64,000 nucleotides of DNA from a virus (taxonomy: Duplodnaviria; Caudoviricetes), in IMG/VR virus record IMGVR_UViG_3300031992_000007, positions 1 to 64,000 of that record, one strand, 5' to 3'. Positions 48,058 through 57,755 of this stretch are shown here, piece after piece (position 1 is the first letter of the stretch; the number at the start of each line of letters is the position of its first letter). The notes under the pieces are model-generated. The model was not told where the DNA came from. It ran no database searches and saw only the letters and a list, made by a program, of their open reading frames with translations. Made by a program: the position numbers and the translations under genes.

Positions 48058-51000
48058 TTCTTAGTTTCCTTGTGTTTGATGTTGTCTTCCGGCAGGAATA
48101 CCTCACACAGCTCACGAAGAGTGTCGTAGTCCTCCCTGTACTTGGCGACAAGCGGATGATAAATGCCATACACATCGATGAAGTTCAGGTAGTAGTCCAA
48201 CATCTTCCCCTTGTCATAGATGACATCCAGATCGTACAAAGCCTTGAAGTACGTGTTATCCAGGAACTGCTTCTTATAAGCTTCGATATTCGCACAGTCT
48301 TTAAGACGTGTGATCTCGTAACTTTCGTCAGTCAGGTACTTGGAGATAATAGCTTCAAGGAAGATAGAGTACAATCTGTGGGAATGGGGTATGATCGCAG
48401 TCATATCAGGAAGTTCGAAGTCCTCGATGAAGAACTCATGGATCTGTTCGATCCTTCTGAGATCCTCTTCCATAGCTTCATCATAGTCCATGATGTCCTT
48501 GATCATAGTGGACACTGAGGTTTTGACTTCATAGGTCGCACCGTTCCTGCACTTAACAGGATTGAGTGTCATCTCTCCCAACATCTGCTTGTAGTTAGCC
48601 ACAAGCTTGCCGTCTACAACAAGTGTACTGAGTTCATCGAACCAGATGGGAGTTTGTCCCTTCCAGGAGATGTGAGATCCAATGACGAATCCCCTCTGTA
48701 CAGAATAAGGTATAACAGTAGTGTTGGTTCTAATGACGTTCAACTCATTCTGTTCCTGCAGGTAGCTGACACACTGTCCGTAAACAGTGATGGTGTCTTT
48801 AGCACCTTCGATCGTTTCATAGCCCGAGGTGATGTAGTCCAGGTTGGGAATAAGACGCTTGTTGTTGATGAAGACTAGCTCGCTGTCCAGAGGGATGGCG
48901 AGCTGGTTAGCCGCACCATTTTCCTTCCAGAGCTTCTCCCCTATTATCCCAGTTGTGCCAGGGAAGTAGGAGGTGTCGTGGTAACCGCCACGGACTATTT
49001 CGAACGACTGAGAGTCTTCGACCGTGTTCGGACCTTCCATGATAAGGTAATCTTCCCCTCCGGCAACTATAGCCGGGAAGAAGGTGAAGGTATAGGTTTC
49101 CCTATCGAACACACCAAGATCCTCGGGATCCATCGGAGTGTAGACGTTCTTGGTAGAGCCGTCTATGTCCTCAGTTGTTCCAACCATGTAGATCTCCCAA
49201 GAGTCCAAGGTAGCGAACTTGTGCTTAACCTCGGCTTCCTCCTGGTGGTCTCCCATGTGCAGGATCTCGAAGGAACCTTTGTGTCTCCTGTCGAACAGTT
49301 CAACAGAAATAGTGTCGTTCAACTTGACATCGTTCTTCAACTCGTAGATGGGATCCATATCCTCAGCAGATGTAATGTCTCCAACAACTCCGTCCAAGCA
49401 AGCCAGTTCGTTGGGATCGAGCCCGATCAAGGAACCAGTGAAGAGCATATGCCCGTTGTTGTTCTCAACGAACTCAAGCATACTCTCCCCAGGGTTGTAG
49501 TCAACTCCCTTGACAAGCTTCCTGTATTCCCTATCGATACGTGCGAAATAGACAACATCGTCCTCGAAGTTGAGAGCTAACCGACCACGTTCTCCGTTGT
49601 CATCGAAATCTTCCTCAACAACTTTGACTGGAGTGGCCTCCACAACCAAAGCACGTACGTACTGATCACCAAGCGTCTTGTAATACCTGACGTCATTCCT
49701 GAACGTGTGATCCTTGGTTTCCCTATATACCTTATTAATACTCACCTTGAGACGAGTGGAGTAGTTAGCAGAGATGATGGAAGCAGCTTGAACAGTCTCG
49801 ATGTCATTGTGGTCGATCTCCCTGACATCAGTGTTGGTCGAGCAAGTCTCGTGCCAGGACACGTCACACTGATCTACCCTAACACCATTGTGGTAGACTA
49901 CAGGGTAGTAGTCCTCTGTTTCCAATTCAGGGTAGCTCAGAGCAAGGGGAACTGACACAACTACAGATTGGGTTCCTGCTTTAGTAACCCTGTAGTGGAA
50001 GATCCTCTTGCCTATAAGAGCAAGGACGTGGAAATACCCGAGAATATCGATGTAGTCCTGGATACTTCTCGAAGTGTAGAACGGACACATGTAGGTCTTG
50101 ATGGGATCTCCAGCCTGGTGATGAGGGCAAAGAGCATTGATACCACAGACTGAGCACTGACCACGACAGACAGGGTTGTCTGCGTAATTGTCCCTCTTGC
50201 ACCACTGTTTCAGATCGGTGGAGAAGTCTTCTTCATCGATAGCCACGAGGGTCTGCTCTTTACATCTCCTTCTAAGAAGAGCATCAGCGTATTTGCTGCT
50301 TTCCAGGAAGTCAGCCTTCCAGAACAAGAGCTTAGGATCACCGACAGTCTGCCAGCTGTGTTCACCAAGAAGCATCTTGATGATATCGTCATCATCCAGG
50401 TTGTAAAGGAAGTCGATATAGTGACCATCCCGAATGAACATGGAGGAATGTCCGTGCGTTCTCACATAAACCCTGACTGTGATACCCTCCCAGCCTTTGA
50501 GAGTGGCAATATCACTCAGTAGAGATGTACTGATGCTGAAGTCACTGTGAGTTATCTGGTGGAACTTGTCTACCCTGTCACAGGCGTACAGATGCAGTCC
50601 TTCAGTGCAATCCTTCCCAGTGGGATAGACCCACAACCCACACGTATCTGGGGTTATTAGTCTGTATTCCGGGTTAAGTGCTTTTGGGATGTGAATGAGA
50701 AGTCTTCTCTCGTTAGTAGGAGGAATAGACGGATCCTCAGTCTCTTGATCGATATAGATCAGTTCATCCTTGAGCTCAACATCAACCACTCCAAGGATGT
50801 CCTCATCCACAACAGCCTCGACATAGTCCTTGGCTTGGATAAGGGAAGAATAGTCACCGACACAGAGCATGCCGTTCTTAGTGACATAGTCAGCTTCGGC
50901 TATCTTTACAGATTCTCCTTTACCAGTGGGAAGCGCAACTCGCCCGATGGTCGCCATTGACCTGATTTTGGGAAGCTGAGATGCAGTGAGTCTAGCGAAC

Positions 51001-51626
51001 CCAACTTTGTTATCGGCAGTCTCGTCACTGTCGAAGTACTTCCCGAAGATCATGTCATCTGCATGAGGGAAGCAAACTCCCGTCTCGTCGTATTTACCGA
51101 TATCTCCAACGAGCTTCCTGTACATGTTGGACTCAACTGCCACGAGCATGCAGTCGTTCTGGTCAGCTTGTTTGATGTAGATGTAACCTCTGTTGAGGCA
51201 GATACCTTCAGTGGTGAACATCTGAAGGTCGAGGTGATTCTTGGTGCAGTAGGTGCTGAACAGAGTCCAATTCGGAATGTTGAGAACAGTTGAACCGAAG
51301 AAGGAAGCAGGTACTGAATAAACAGCGAACTGCAATCCATTCTTCGGCAACCAGTCCATCAGTTCCTCGTCACTCGAGTACGGCGGCAAGAGGATGCTGC
51401 CGTACCTGCTCGGGAAGAAGCCTGCAGCAAAGTAAGGACGATAGAGAACTTCACCCTGTCTATCCTTCTTCGGAACGCCGTTGTTATCCAATTCGACATT
51501 CTTACTTAGGAGTTCGGGCTTGATGTAAGACCGATACTGGGTGTAAGGTTCATTCCAGACCCTGTCAAAGACATACTTCTCAAGATGTTCACAGATCCTC
51601 TTAGTCGTACTGAGTTGCGTTGTCAT
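48054..51626 (-). CDS. virion structural/baseplate protein (phiKZ gp27 position), 1190 aa
   Basis: N-terminal VFDRVWNEP, LLIHIPK, HQITHSDFSIS, WKADFLESSKY, HRLYSIFL motifs; synteny. Confidence 0.6.
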   Translation of the reverse strand: MTTQLSTTKRICEHLEKYVFDRVWNEPYTQYRSYIKPELLSKNVELDNNGVPKKDRQGEVLYRPYFAAGFFPSRYGSILLPPYSSDEELMDWLPKNGLQFAVYSVPASFFGSTVLNIPNWTLFSTYCTKNHLDLQMFTTEGICLNRGYIYIKQADQNDCMLVAVESNMYRKLVGDIGKYDETGVCFPHADDMIFGKYFDSDETADNKVGFARLTASQLPKIRSMATIGRVALPTGKGESVKIAEADYVTKNGMLCVGDYSSLIQAKDYVEAVVDEDILGVVDVELKDELIYIDQETEDPSIPPTNERRLLIHIPKALNPEYRLITPDTCGLWVYPTGKDCTEGLHLYACDRVDKFHQITHSDFSISTSLLSDIATLKGWEGITVRVYVRTHGHSSMFIRDGHYIDFLYNLDDDDIIKMLLGEHSWQTVGDPKLLFWKADFLESSKYADALLRRRCKEQTLVAIDEEDFSTDLKQWCKRDNYADNPVCRGQCSVCGINALCPHHQAGDPIKTYMCPFYTSRSIQDYIDILGYFHVLALIGKRIFHYRVTKAGTQSVVVSVPLALSYPELETEDYYPVVYHNGVRVDQCDVSWHETCSTNTDVREIDHNDIETVQAASIISANYSTRLKVSINKVYRETKDHTFRNDVRYYKTLGDQYVRALVVEATPVKVVEEDFDDNGERGRLALNFEDDVVYFARIDREYRKLVKGVDYNPGESMLEFVENNNGHMLFTGSLIGLDPNELACLDGVVGDITSAEDMDPIYELKNDVKLNDTISVELFDRRHKGSFEILHMGDHQEEAEVKHKFATLDSWEIYMVGTTEDIDGSTKNVYTPMDPEDLGVFDRETYTFTFFPAIVAGGEDYLIMEGPNTVEDSQSFEIVRGGYHDTSYFPGTTGIIGEKLWKENGAANQLAIPLDSELVFINNKRLIPNLDYITSGYETIEGAKDTITVYGQCVSYLQEQNELNVIRTNTTVIPYSVQRGFVIGSHISWKGQTPIWFDELSTLVVDGKLVANYKQMLGEMTLNPVKCRNGATYEVKTSVSTMIKDIMDYDEAMEEDLRRIEQIHEFFIEDFELPDMTAIIPHSHRLYSIFLEAIISKYLTDESYEITRLKDCANIEAYKKQFLDNTYFKALYDLDVIYDKGKMLDYYLNFIDVYGIYHPLVAKYREDYDTLRELCEVFLPEDNIKHKETKK

Positions 51627-52678
51627 CTTGTTATTCTCTCGATAATGAATTTGTTCGCGACGATATCGTCAGCGAATCTGTCCATCTTCTTCTTGAGATT
51701 CGGACCACCGAACTTGAGAAGATTCATGAACAGTGGGTTCTTGCCTCCTCTCACATTATTAAGAAGGAGGTAGACGAAGTAAGGAGGATAGTCCATGGCG
51801 AACATCATGTTCTGGCTGTCCATCGGTGAACGAGACATGAGAACGTACAACATCCTCTCGTTGATCTTCTGCATGCGCAGAGGACCGTGTTTCCGGATGA
51901 GCTCGCAGATAACTGCGATGTTGAATTCACCACCTGGTGCGATCTTCTTCCTCGTCTCTGCTACCTGCTCGAAACGTCTGTACATATCCTGCATCGATCC
52001 ACCTTCATAGAGGAACGTGCAGCGATTGAGCAGCGGAGGAACATCCTGTTTGGCTGCTTTGGGATCGTCGAGCATCTGCGCGATGTAAGCTGCAAACATC
52101 GTCCTGACGAAATTGTACTCCTCGAGGTTGTTCAAGTTGAACAGACCTTTGAGGTGCATCGCGAACAGGGCAGAGTAAGCCTCGATAACAGGAACACTAA
52201 GTGCCGGAGGGAGCCACGTGTCAGAGTCATTGTAACTCATGCAGAGCAAGCCCTTAGTAACCAAATTGGCGAATCTGGTTACGTTAGCAACCTGTAAATT
52301 CCTATTATATGCATCGCGCCTTGAAAGGATTGGGGTTAGATTTACCCAAACTTTCTGGTAGGCCGGTGGCATGGACTTTGCGATGTACTTTCCGTCAATG
52401 GAAATGTCTTCCAAAGTAAGAACTGTCGGAATGTCTGCCAAGCCAGTGGTGTCGAACATCACGAACTCGCGCAGCTTCCCTAGGCTCATTGCCTTGTTGT
52501 AGATCTCGATGAGTGGAGTGGATACAGTCGGCTTCACGGTCGACTGTAGGTACTCTATTCCGTCGAGTCCCAAGACAGACGCTCGATTTTTCGCCAAAAA
52601 AGTCGCAGCCTCCACGCCGCGTTTACTAAGGTCTAAGCTGACCCCGTAAGGGGTCTCCGAAAGTGTGAGTTTATTCAT
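51623..52678 (-). CDS. virion structural protein (phiKZ gp28 position)
   Basis: AGGAG RBS, ATG 52678; ETPYG start and AMDYPPYF motif; divergent from the sheath. Confidence 0.55.
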   Translation of the reverse strand: MNKLTLSETPYGVSLDLSKRGVEAATFLAKNRASVLGLDGIEYLQSTVKPTVSTPLIEIYNKAMSLGKLREFVMFDTTGLADIPTVLTLEDISIDGKYIAKSMPPAYQKVWVNLTPILSRRDAYNRNLQVANVTRFANLVTKGLLCMSYNDSDTWLPPALSVPVIEAYSALFAMHLKGLFNLNNLEEYNFVRTMFAAYIAQMLDDPKAAKQDVPPLLNRCTFLYEGGSMQDMYRRFEQVAETRKKIAPGGEFNIAVICELIRKHGPLRMQKINERMLYVLMSRSPMDSQNMMFAMDYPPYFVYLLLNNVRGGKNPLFMNLLKFGGPNLKKKMDRFADDIVANKFIIERITR

Positions 52679-52763
52679 ACTTTTCTCCTGAAAAGGCGAA
52701 GTAAAAACTATGGTCTTTTGCGAGACTATAGCATGGTTCAAAGAACAAAAAGGAATAAATCAA

Positions 52764-55667
52764 ATGTCAACTGTTGCTCCTTATCCTCACGTAGAGATTG
52801 GGGTCAGAGACGAGTCGATTTACATCCCTATTGACACTGAGGACATGCCGCTTTCGCAGCCGCTGTACTTCATGCGTGCCAAGAAGGGCCCTGTCGGGGT
52901 TCCTGTCTGGTGCGTGTCGTACGACGTAGCCTGCAGGGTGTTCGGCGCGGACACCTTCAACAAGCGCAGTCCGTACTTCTCGGAACAGGCGAAGTTCTTG
53001 CTCCAGACGTTCCCGATGAACGGCGCATGGATTATGCGTGTTGCCGGTCCGACGGTCACGTCCGCTGATATCCAGATCGAAGTGGGTATCTCTAAGGAGA
53101 CGGTCGATGTTCCGCAGTGGCAGAGGGACGAGAACGGCGCATTCGTTCTCGAACTCGACGGATCGAAGATTCCGATCAACGATGAGGGCAAGCCGTGCGA
53201 GAAGATAGAGAATCCTGATCACAAGGCTATCTATCGTCGCGCGACTGAAACGATCGCTATCCAGGGTCGTACCTACTTCACGCGCGATGCGAATCGTTCC
53301 TACGCTGCTATCAACCGTAGGGATCGTCGTATCAAGGACGTTGAGTATTTCGCTGGTAACGGCACGCCTACTCTGGCTGTTGTCGATACTGCCACAGAGA
53401 CTGAGCCTAAGGCTGGTGTCCGTTACTTCGAGTTGGACATCACGGGTGAAGAGGGTGCTGAGACGTATGCTGCGAAGTATATCGTCGATCTGACCGCTTT
53501 CGATAGCGAGAAGACATACCTCAAGCTCACGGGCTGGTCCGGTGGTTACACGGCAGTCACGACTGTCGATGATGGTTCTGGTACGCAGGTTGGTCCTGTG
53601 CTTCCGCAGATCCCCGTTGGTAACACGCAGGGTGATCGCTTCGTCAAGATTCAGGAGAACGTCAGCCTCAAGCTCGTTGAGGTCGATGGCGGTTACGCTG
53701 TCGATGCTTCTGATTCCGAGACGGCTGCGGCGTACGGTTCGTACTTCTTCATGGGTACGCTCGACGAGACCGATCCTTACACGTACACGAACGCTGAGGT
53801 TCCGGCTGGCACGTACATCGCTGACACCGAACTCTACTACTTCTACGGCTGGCTTGATGACTACACTCTCGAGCCGCAGGCCAAGATCCCTGGTCGCAAG
53901 CTTGTGTGGCGTGCTCGTGTCGCGGATCGCTCCGCTGATACTGGTCGTGCCGTTGGCAAGTTCAAGACCTACGAGACCGAGAACTTCAAGTGGTATCCAG
54001 TCGTGGATATCGTTGCGGAGAACCCGGGTAAGTGGGGCGAGTCGTTCGGTATTCGTCTGTACTTCGACAAGGATCGCAACACGATTGCGCTCCAGCAGCA
54101 GAACGGTGCTGTCAACTACACGGTTGCTCCTATCGAGCTTCTCGATGGTGACACGCTCCCGACGGCGGTTGTGTCGTCGACACAGGACATCTGCGTTGTC
54201 GGTACGATGCGTGACGGAGTTGTTGACCTCGAGACCGACGTTGACCTCTCGCTCAACAAGCGTATCCCGAACATGTACAAGGGCCTGCAGACCCTTCCGA
54301 TCAAGATCGTTCCGGTCTCCGAGGCTTGGAATGCTATCGGTAAGGAGTTGATGGCTGCTGAAATCTCGCAGGAAGCCCGTCGTGAGATCAAGCGTCTCTA
54401 TCCGACGTTCCGCACTGTTGTGGACACTGAGGGTACCGAAACGCCTGAGACCTTCGTGGATGCTCTCTACGGCAAGGTCGTCACTGACATGGCTGATGTT
54501 GGCGAGCTCGATGGTCACATGGCTAACCCGCTCAGCTGCATGGATGCGGAAGAGATTCCGTACTTCACGACGGCTGTTGTGGACAGCGATGATGAACTCG
54601 TTACTGCCGACTCGCGTATCGATGTTGCGAAGGTCTATGTCCCGGCGCAGTCTGTCCCGATTTACCTCGGCGGCGGTAACGACGGCGATATCCTCGATAA
54701 CGACATCGAGAAGTACATCCGTGCGCAGATCAAGGCTGGCCAGGGTGGTACGCAGGAATATCTCCTCGACTATCCGCGCTGCCCGTTCAACGCAATCTAC
54801 GACTCTGGTGTGTCGGTGAAGACGAAGAAGGCGTACATCGACATGATGGCCTTCCGCGACAACGTTGTGATCAACCTGGCTACTCAGACGACCTGGCGTA
54901 CGGCGACGAATGAGGAATACTCGCTCAACGGTGAGTACCCGAACAATCGCTCGGACGACGAGTCGATCGGTGCGTCGCTTCGCTCCTATGCGTGGCTGAT
55001 GCGTGAGGACGTGAACAATGGTACGGAAGCGTGCCGTTGCAAGATCTTCCTTCATGCTGGTAAGATCAGTGGTTTCGATGGCTGGGTACCTGCGACCCTC
55101 TGGATCGCGATGAAGGATGCCGAGTATCTGAACCTCGATCACATCGATCAGGAGCCTGCTGGCCTGCCTAACTCGGCGGTCACTTGCTTCACTGAGGTGT
55201 CGTGGCGTGCTGGAACTGCGGACACGCAGAGCCGTTGCTGGAATGCTGGTCTCAACTACTGGCAGTCTTACGACAAGGATACGGCTGATGGTCAGGCGCG
55301 TCTGCACTACGCTGCGCTCCGTACTGTCTACCGCTACGAGACTTCTGTTCTCGTCGACTCGGGCGTTGTGAACGCGCTCTGCTTCTCTAAGGACATCGTC
55401 CGCAAGAGCTGGGCTAAGTTCTCTGGCGTCAAGATGTGGTCGGCTGAGCTGAATGCTCGTGTCACCAAGGACCTTACTCAGCGTCTCAGCTACATGCTGA
55501 ACGGTAAGTATACGGCCGAGGTGAATGTGTATCAGACTGATGAAGACGTCAAGCTCGGTTATACGCGCCACGTCGACATCATCCTGACTTCGCCCGCTAC
55601 CAACCGCGTCTGGCAGACCACTATCATCTGTCGTCGTGAGGGTTACGATCCCAATGCGGCTGAGTAA
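52764..55667 (+). CDS. tail sheath protein (phiKZ gp29-like) with insertion
   Basis: 967 aa; GVRDES, P-L-YF...KGP, YLGGGNDG, YDSGVS..TKK, LRTVY motifs; high-expression codons; followed by the tube gene. Confidence 0.85.
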   Translation: MSTVAPYPHVEIGVRDESIYIPIDTEDMPLSQPLYFMRAKKGPVGVPVWCVSYDVACRVFGADTFNKRSPYFSEQAKFLLQTFPMNGAWIMRVAGPTVTSADIQIEVGISKETVDVPQWQRDENGAFVLELDGSKIPINDEGKPCEKIENPDHKAIYRRATETIAIQGRTYFTRDANRSYAAINRRDRRIKDVEYFAGNGTPTLAVVDTATETEPKAGVRYFELDITGEEGAETYAAKYIVDLTAFDSEKTYLKLTGWSGGYTAVTTVDDGSGTQVGPVLPQIPVGNTQGDRFVKIQENVSLKLVEVDGGYAVDASDSETAAAYGSYFFMGTLDETDPYTYTNAEVPAGTYIADTELYYFYGWLDDYTLEPQAKIPGRKLVWRARVADRSADTGRAVGKFKTYETENFKWYPVVDIVAENPGKWGESFGIRLYFDKDRNTIALQQQNGAVNYTVAPIELLDGDTLPTAVVSSTQDICVVGTMRDGVVDLETDVDLSLNKRIPNMYKGLQTLPIKIVPVSEAWNAIGKELMAAEISQEARREIKRLYPTFRTVVDTEGTETPETFVDALYGKVVTDMADVGELDGHMANPLSCMDAEEIPYFTTAVVDSDDELVTADSRIDVAKVYVPAQSVPIYLGGGNDGDILDNDIEKYIRAQIKAGQGGTQEYLLDYPRCPFNAIYDSGVSVKTKKAYIDMMAFRDNVVINLATQTTWRTATNEEYSLNGEYPNNRSDDESIGASLRSYAWLMREDVNNGTEACRCKIFLHAGKISGFDGWVPATLWIAMKDAEYLNLDHIDQEPAGLPNSAVTCFTEVSWRAGTADTQSRCWNAGLNYWQSYDKDTADGQARLHYAALRTVYRYETSVLVDSGVVNALCFSKDIVRKSWAKFSGVKMWSAELNARVTKDLTQRLSYMLNGKYTAEVNVYQTDEDVKLGYTRHVDIILTSPATNRVWQTTIICRREGYDPNAAE

Positions 55668-55691
55668 TCCAACACGAAAGGAGATTGAAAA

Positions 55692-56636
55692 ATGGCAAGT
55701 TACGAAAACTTTCTTAAGAACAAGAAGGTTCTTACGCCGGATGGTGGCATAGTCTCTGACCTCATCACAGGTGGTCAGCTCGGTTACGGTTACAAGGCCT
55801 CTGGCTTCGACGCCGCGACCCCGCTGGCTCTTCCGCCTGCGTTCATCGTCGTCCTTCAGACTCCTACGATGTGGGATAACCTGAATGACGAGGGTGTGCT
55901 TCGTCAGACTGTGAAGTGTCTCTTCGAGACACACGCCAAAGCGGTCACTGGTATCGATGCGAACTACACGCTCGAGAATCAGGGTCAGCCTGTCGGTCAC
56001 GACTCGCAGGAACTCAAGGTTCCGACGCGCTCCACTCGTGCTCCTGTTGATCCGAACTTCACCTGGAGTGAGGTCACGGGTAACCTGGTGTGGCGTGTCA
56101 TGCATCGCTGGATCTGGGATATTTCCAACCCGGATACTGGTACGGCGTTCGAGCACGAAGGTGCCAACGTCAGTGAGGCTGCGCTCAATACGTACACGAT
56201 GTCCTCGTATGCGTTGACGTTCGCGGTTCTCCAGTACGACAAGACGATGCATCCTGATCGTATGCTGGATGGCTCGATCATCACCAACGTCTACCCGACG
56301 ACCACTGGTGAGTTCGGTATGGAGAGGACGGAGGGAACCACGAAGGTTCCTGAGCGTGCTATCGCCTTCACTGGTTACATCATTCACAACGAGCGTACGA
56401 AGGAGATCGCCCGTACCATCGCCAAGAGCATCAAGCTCCGTGGTGAGACGTACAAGGTCGCCCGTGCGAACGTAGATGACAATGTGCCGGTCAGCCAGCT
56501 GCTCGGTACAGTTGGTCTGGGTGACAATATCCAGCTCACGCGTACCGCCGAGCGTAAAGACTGGAACATCGCTGCTCCTAGCGGTGAGAAGGGTCCTACG
56601 AATCAGCTCAACTACCCGTACGCGATCAAAGGTTAG
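55692..56636 (+). CDS. tail tube protein (phiKZ gp30-like)
   Basis: 314 aa directly after the sheath; LFETHAKAVTGID, P-TTTGE motifs; strong terminator downstream. Confidence 0.8.
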   Translation: MASYENFLKNKKVLTPDGGIVSDLITGGQLGYGYKASGFDAATPLALPPAFIVVLQTPTMWDNLNDEGVLRQTVKCLFETHAKAVTGIDANYTLENQGQPVGHDSQELKVPTRSTRAPVDPNFTWSEVTGNLVWRVMHRWIWDISNPDTGTAFEHEGANVSEAALNTYTMSSYALTFAVLQYDKTMHPDRMLDGSIITNVYPTTTGEFGMERTEGTTKVPERAIAFTGYIIHNERTKEIARTIAKSIKLRGETYKVARANVDDNVPVSQLLGTVGLGDNIQLTRTAERKDWNIAAPSGEKGPTNQLNYPYAIKG

Positions 56637-56674
56637 CGTAAGAACTTCGATCTACAAAGTCAAGTTCAACATCT

Positions 56675-56720
56675 CCATCCTGGGCCCTCACGGGTCCAGG
56701 ATGGGATCTTTTTCTTTTTG
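56675..56720 (+). terminator. sheath/tube terminator (left wall of array 3)
   Basis: CCATCCTGGGCCC/GGGTCCAGGATGG stem plus T-tract. Confidence 0.8.
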
Positions 56721-56722
56721 TT

Positions 56723-57695
56723 AGGTGGGACAGGATTGGAATACCCATTTGTGAACTATGGGGATCCATCCAGCTCCATGATAAAGGTAATAAACCATAG
56801 AGGGAAATACTCTGCGGATTTTACTCAAGGACAATCGATCTTAAGTGCTCCTGGATGGCTCTCCAGGTGGGTACTTATACAGAACAGATGTAGATATATT
56901 CAACTACAGTGAAGGAGGCATTAGCGACCTAGGTAGATGTGGAATATGGGATTCTGTTACAACACATCCAATACAGAAAACCAGATGGCTCTCCAAGGTG
57001 GAGAGTATCTATACGTCAATCCACGAAACAACTTGTCTGCACGGGTAACGCAAATTAAATATGATGGCACCAGAGAATTTATTCCATATAACTCGAATAA
57101 ATCTAAAGAACAGAACGAATTGGTGATATGGCTCTCCTAGTGATGTGAGAGGTAGTACGTGGCAGTATGCAGCATCTAGAATAGGTGTTCAAGGTAGGTA
57201 CGGAGAATGGACTAATATTTGGAACTGGCCATACAGCTCTCGGTCTTATGAATCACCAGTAAGAGAGTTAAGGCTCTCCCAGGGAGGTGTAGGAATGCAT
57301 AGACCAGATGGAGACAATGGAAATCCTTGGGTATGTGGATCTACAACTGTAAACAACATTGGACAACCTCTGACGTATTACTCGAGAGTTAATCTTGGCG
57401 CAGATTCTGTGAAGAAAGTAGTAAGGCTCTCCCACTCATAGGTGCAGCAGATTTCGGATTAATGATGTTGACTGTGGGCTACCCTATGGGTTATGCAGAT
57501 CATGGAAACCAAGGAGTCGATCATCCTGACAGACCTAGATTTCAAAGGCTCTCCGCCGGAGGTGGAAATGAGATTAGACCTTTTGGATCAATTATTGACT
57601 TTAACGGTCAACTCGATTACCTAGGAAATGGGTGGGTATATTTCTTACCAAATGATCCGTTATGGACCAATAAGTCTTATTCTAAAAGGCTCTCC
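56723..57695 (+). repeat. cassette array 3: seven in-frame peptide-coding cassettes
   Basis: 56724-56864 (47 codons), 56866-56994 (43), 56997-57137 (47), 57151-57279 (43; AGGTA variant, with an in-frame AGGTG also at 57183), 57286-57432 (49), 57441-57554 (38), 57561-57695 (45). All stop-free; linkers 1-13 nt. Confidence 0.9.
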
Positions 57696-57711
57696 AAAAA
57701 TAAAAACATAG

Positions 57712-57740
57712 GGTAGGGTGGGCACGAAGCCCACCCTACC
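57712..57740 (-). terminator. portal gene terminator (right wall of array 3)
   Basis: GGTAGGGTGGGC/GCCCACCCTACC stem; A-tract 57696-57706 on +. Confidence 0.75.
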
Positions 57741-57755
57741 TCTATTTCGAAGGCC

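Noticed and set aside
52767-56387. 1206-aa antisense ORF spanning sheath and tube
   Set aside because: Same codon-bias shadow. It mirrors the sense frame of two highly expressed genes and has no RBS or recognisable motifs.
1423-57695. Cassette arrays as CRISPR arrays
   Set aside because: The constant part is only 8 + 4-5 nt with a variable gap, the would-be spacers are about 100-140 nt and are frame-locked coding sequence, and there are no cas genes in the window.
1484-57716. ORF-track small ORFs within the arrays (e.g. 1484-1705, 1641-1886, 11323-11535, 56718-56912, 57145-57441, 57462-57716) as ordinary genes
   Set aside because: They start at arbitrary internal or near-cognate codons without an RBS and are by-products of open cassettes that are sometimes joined by in-frame linkers.
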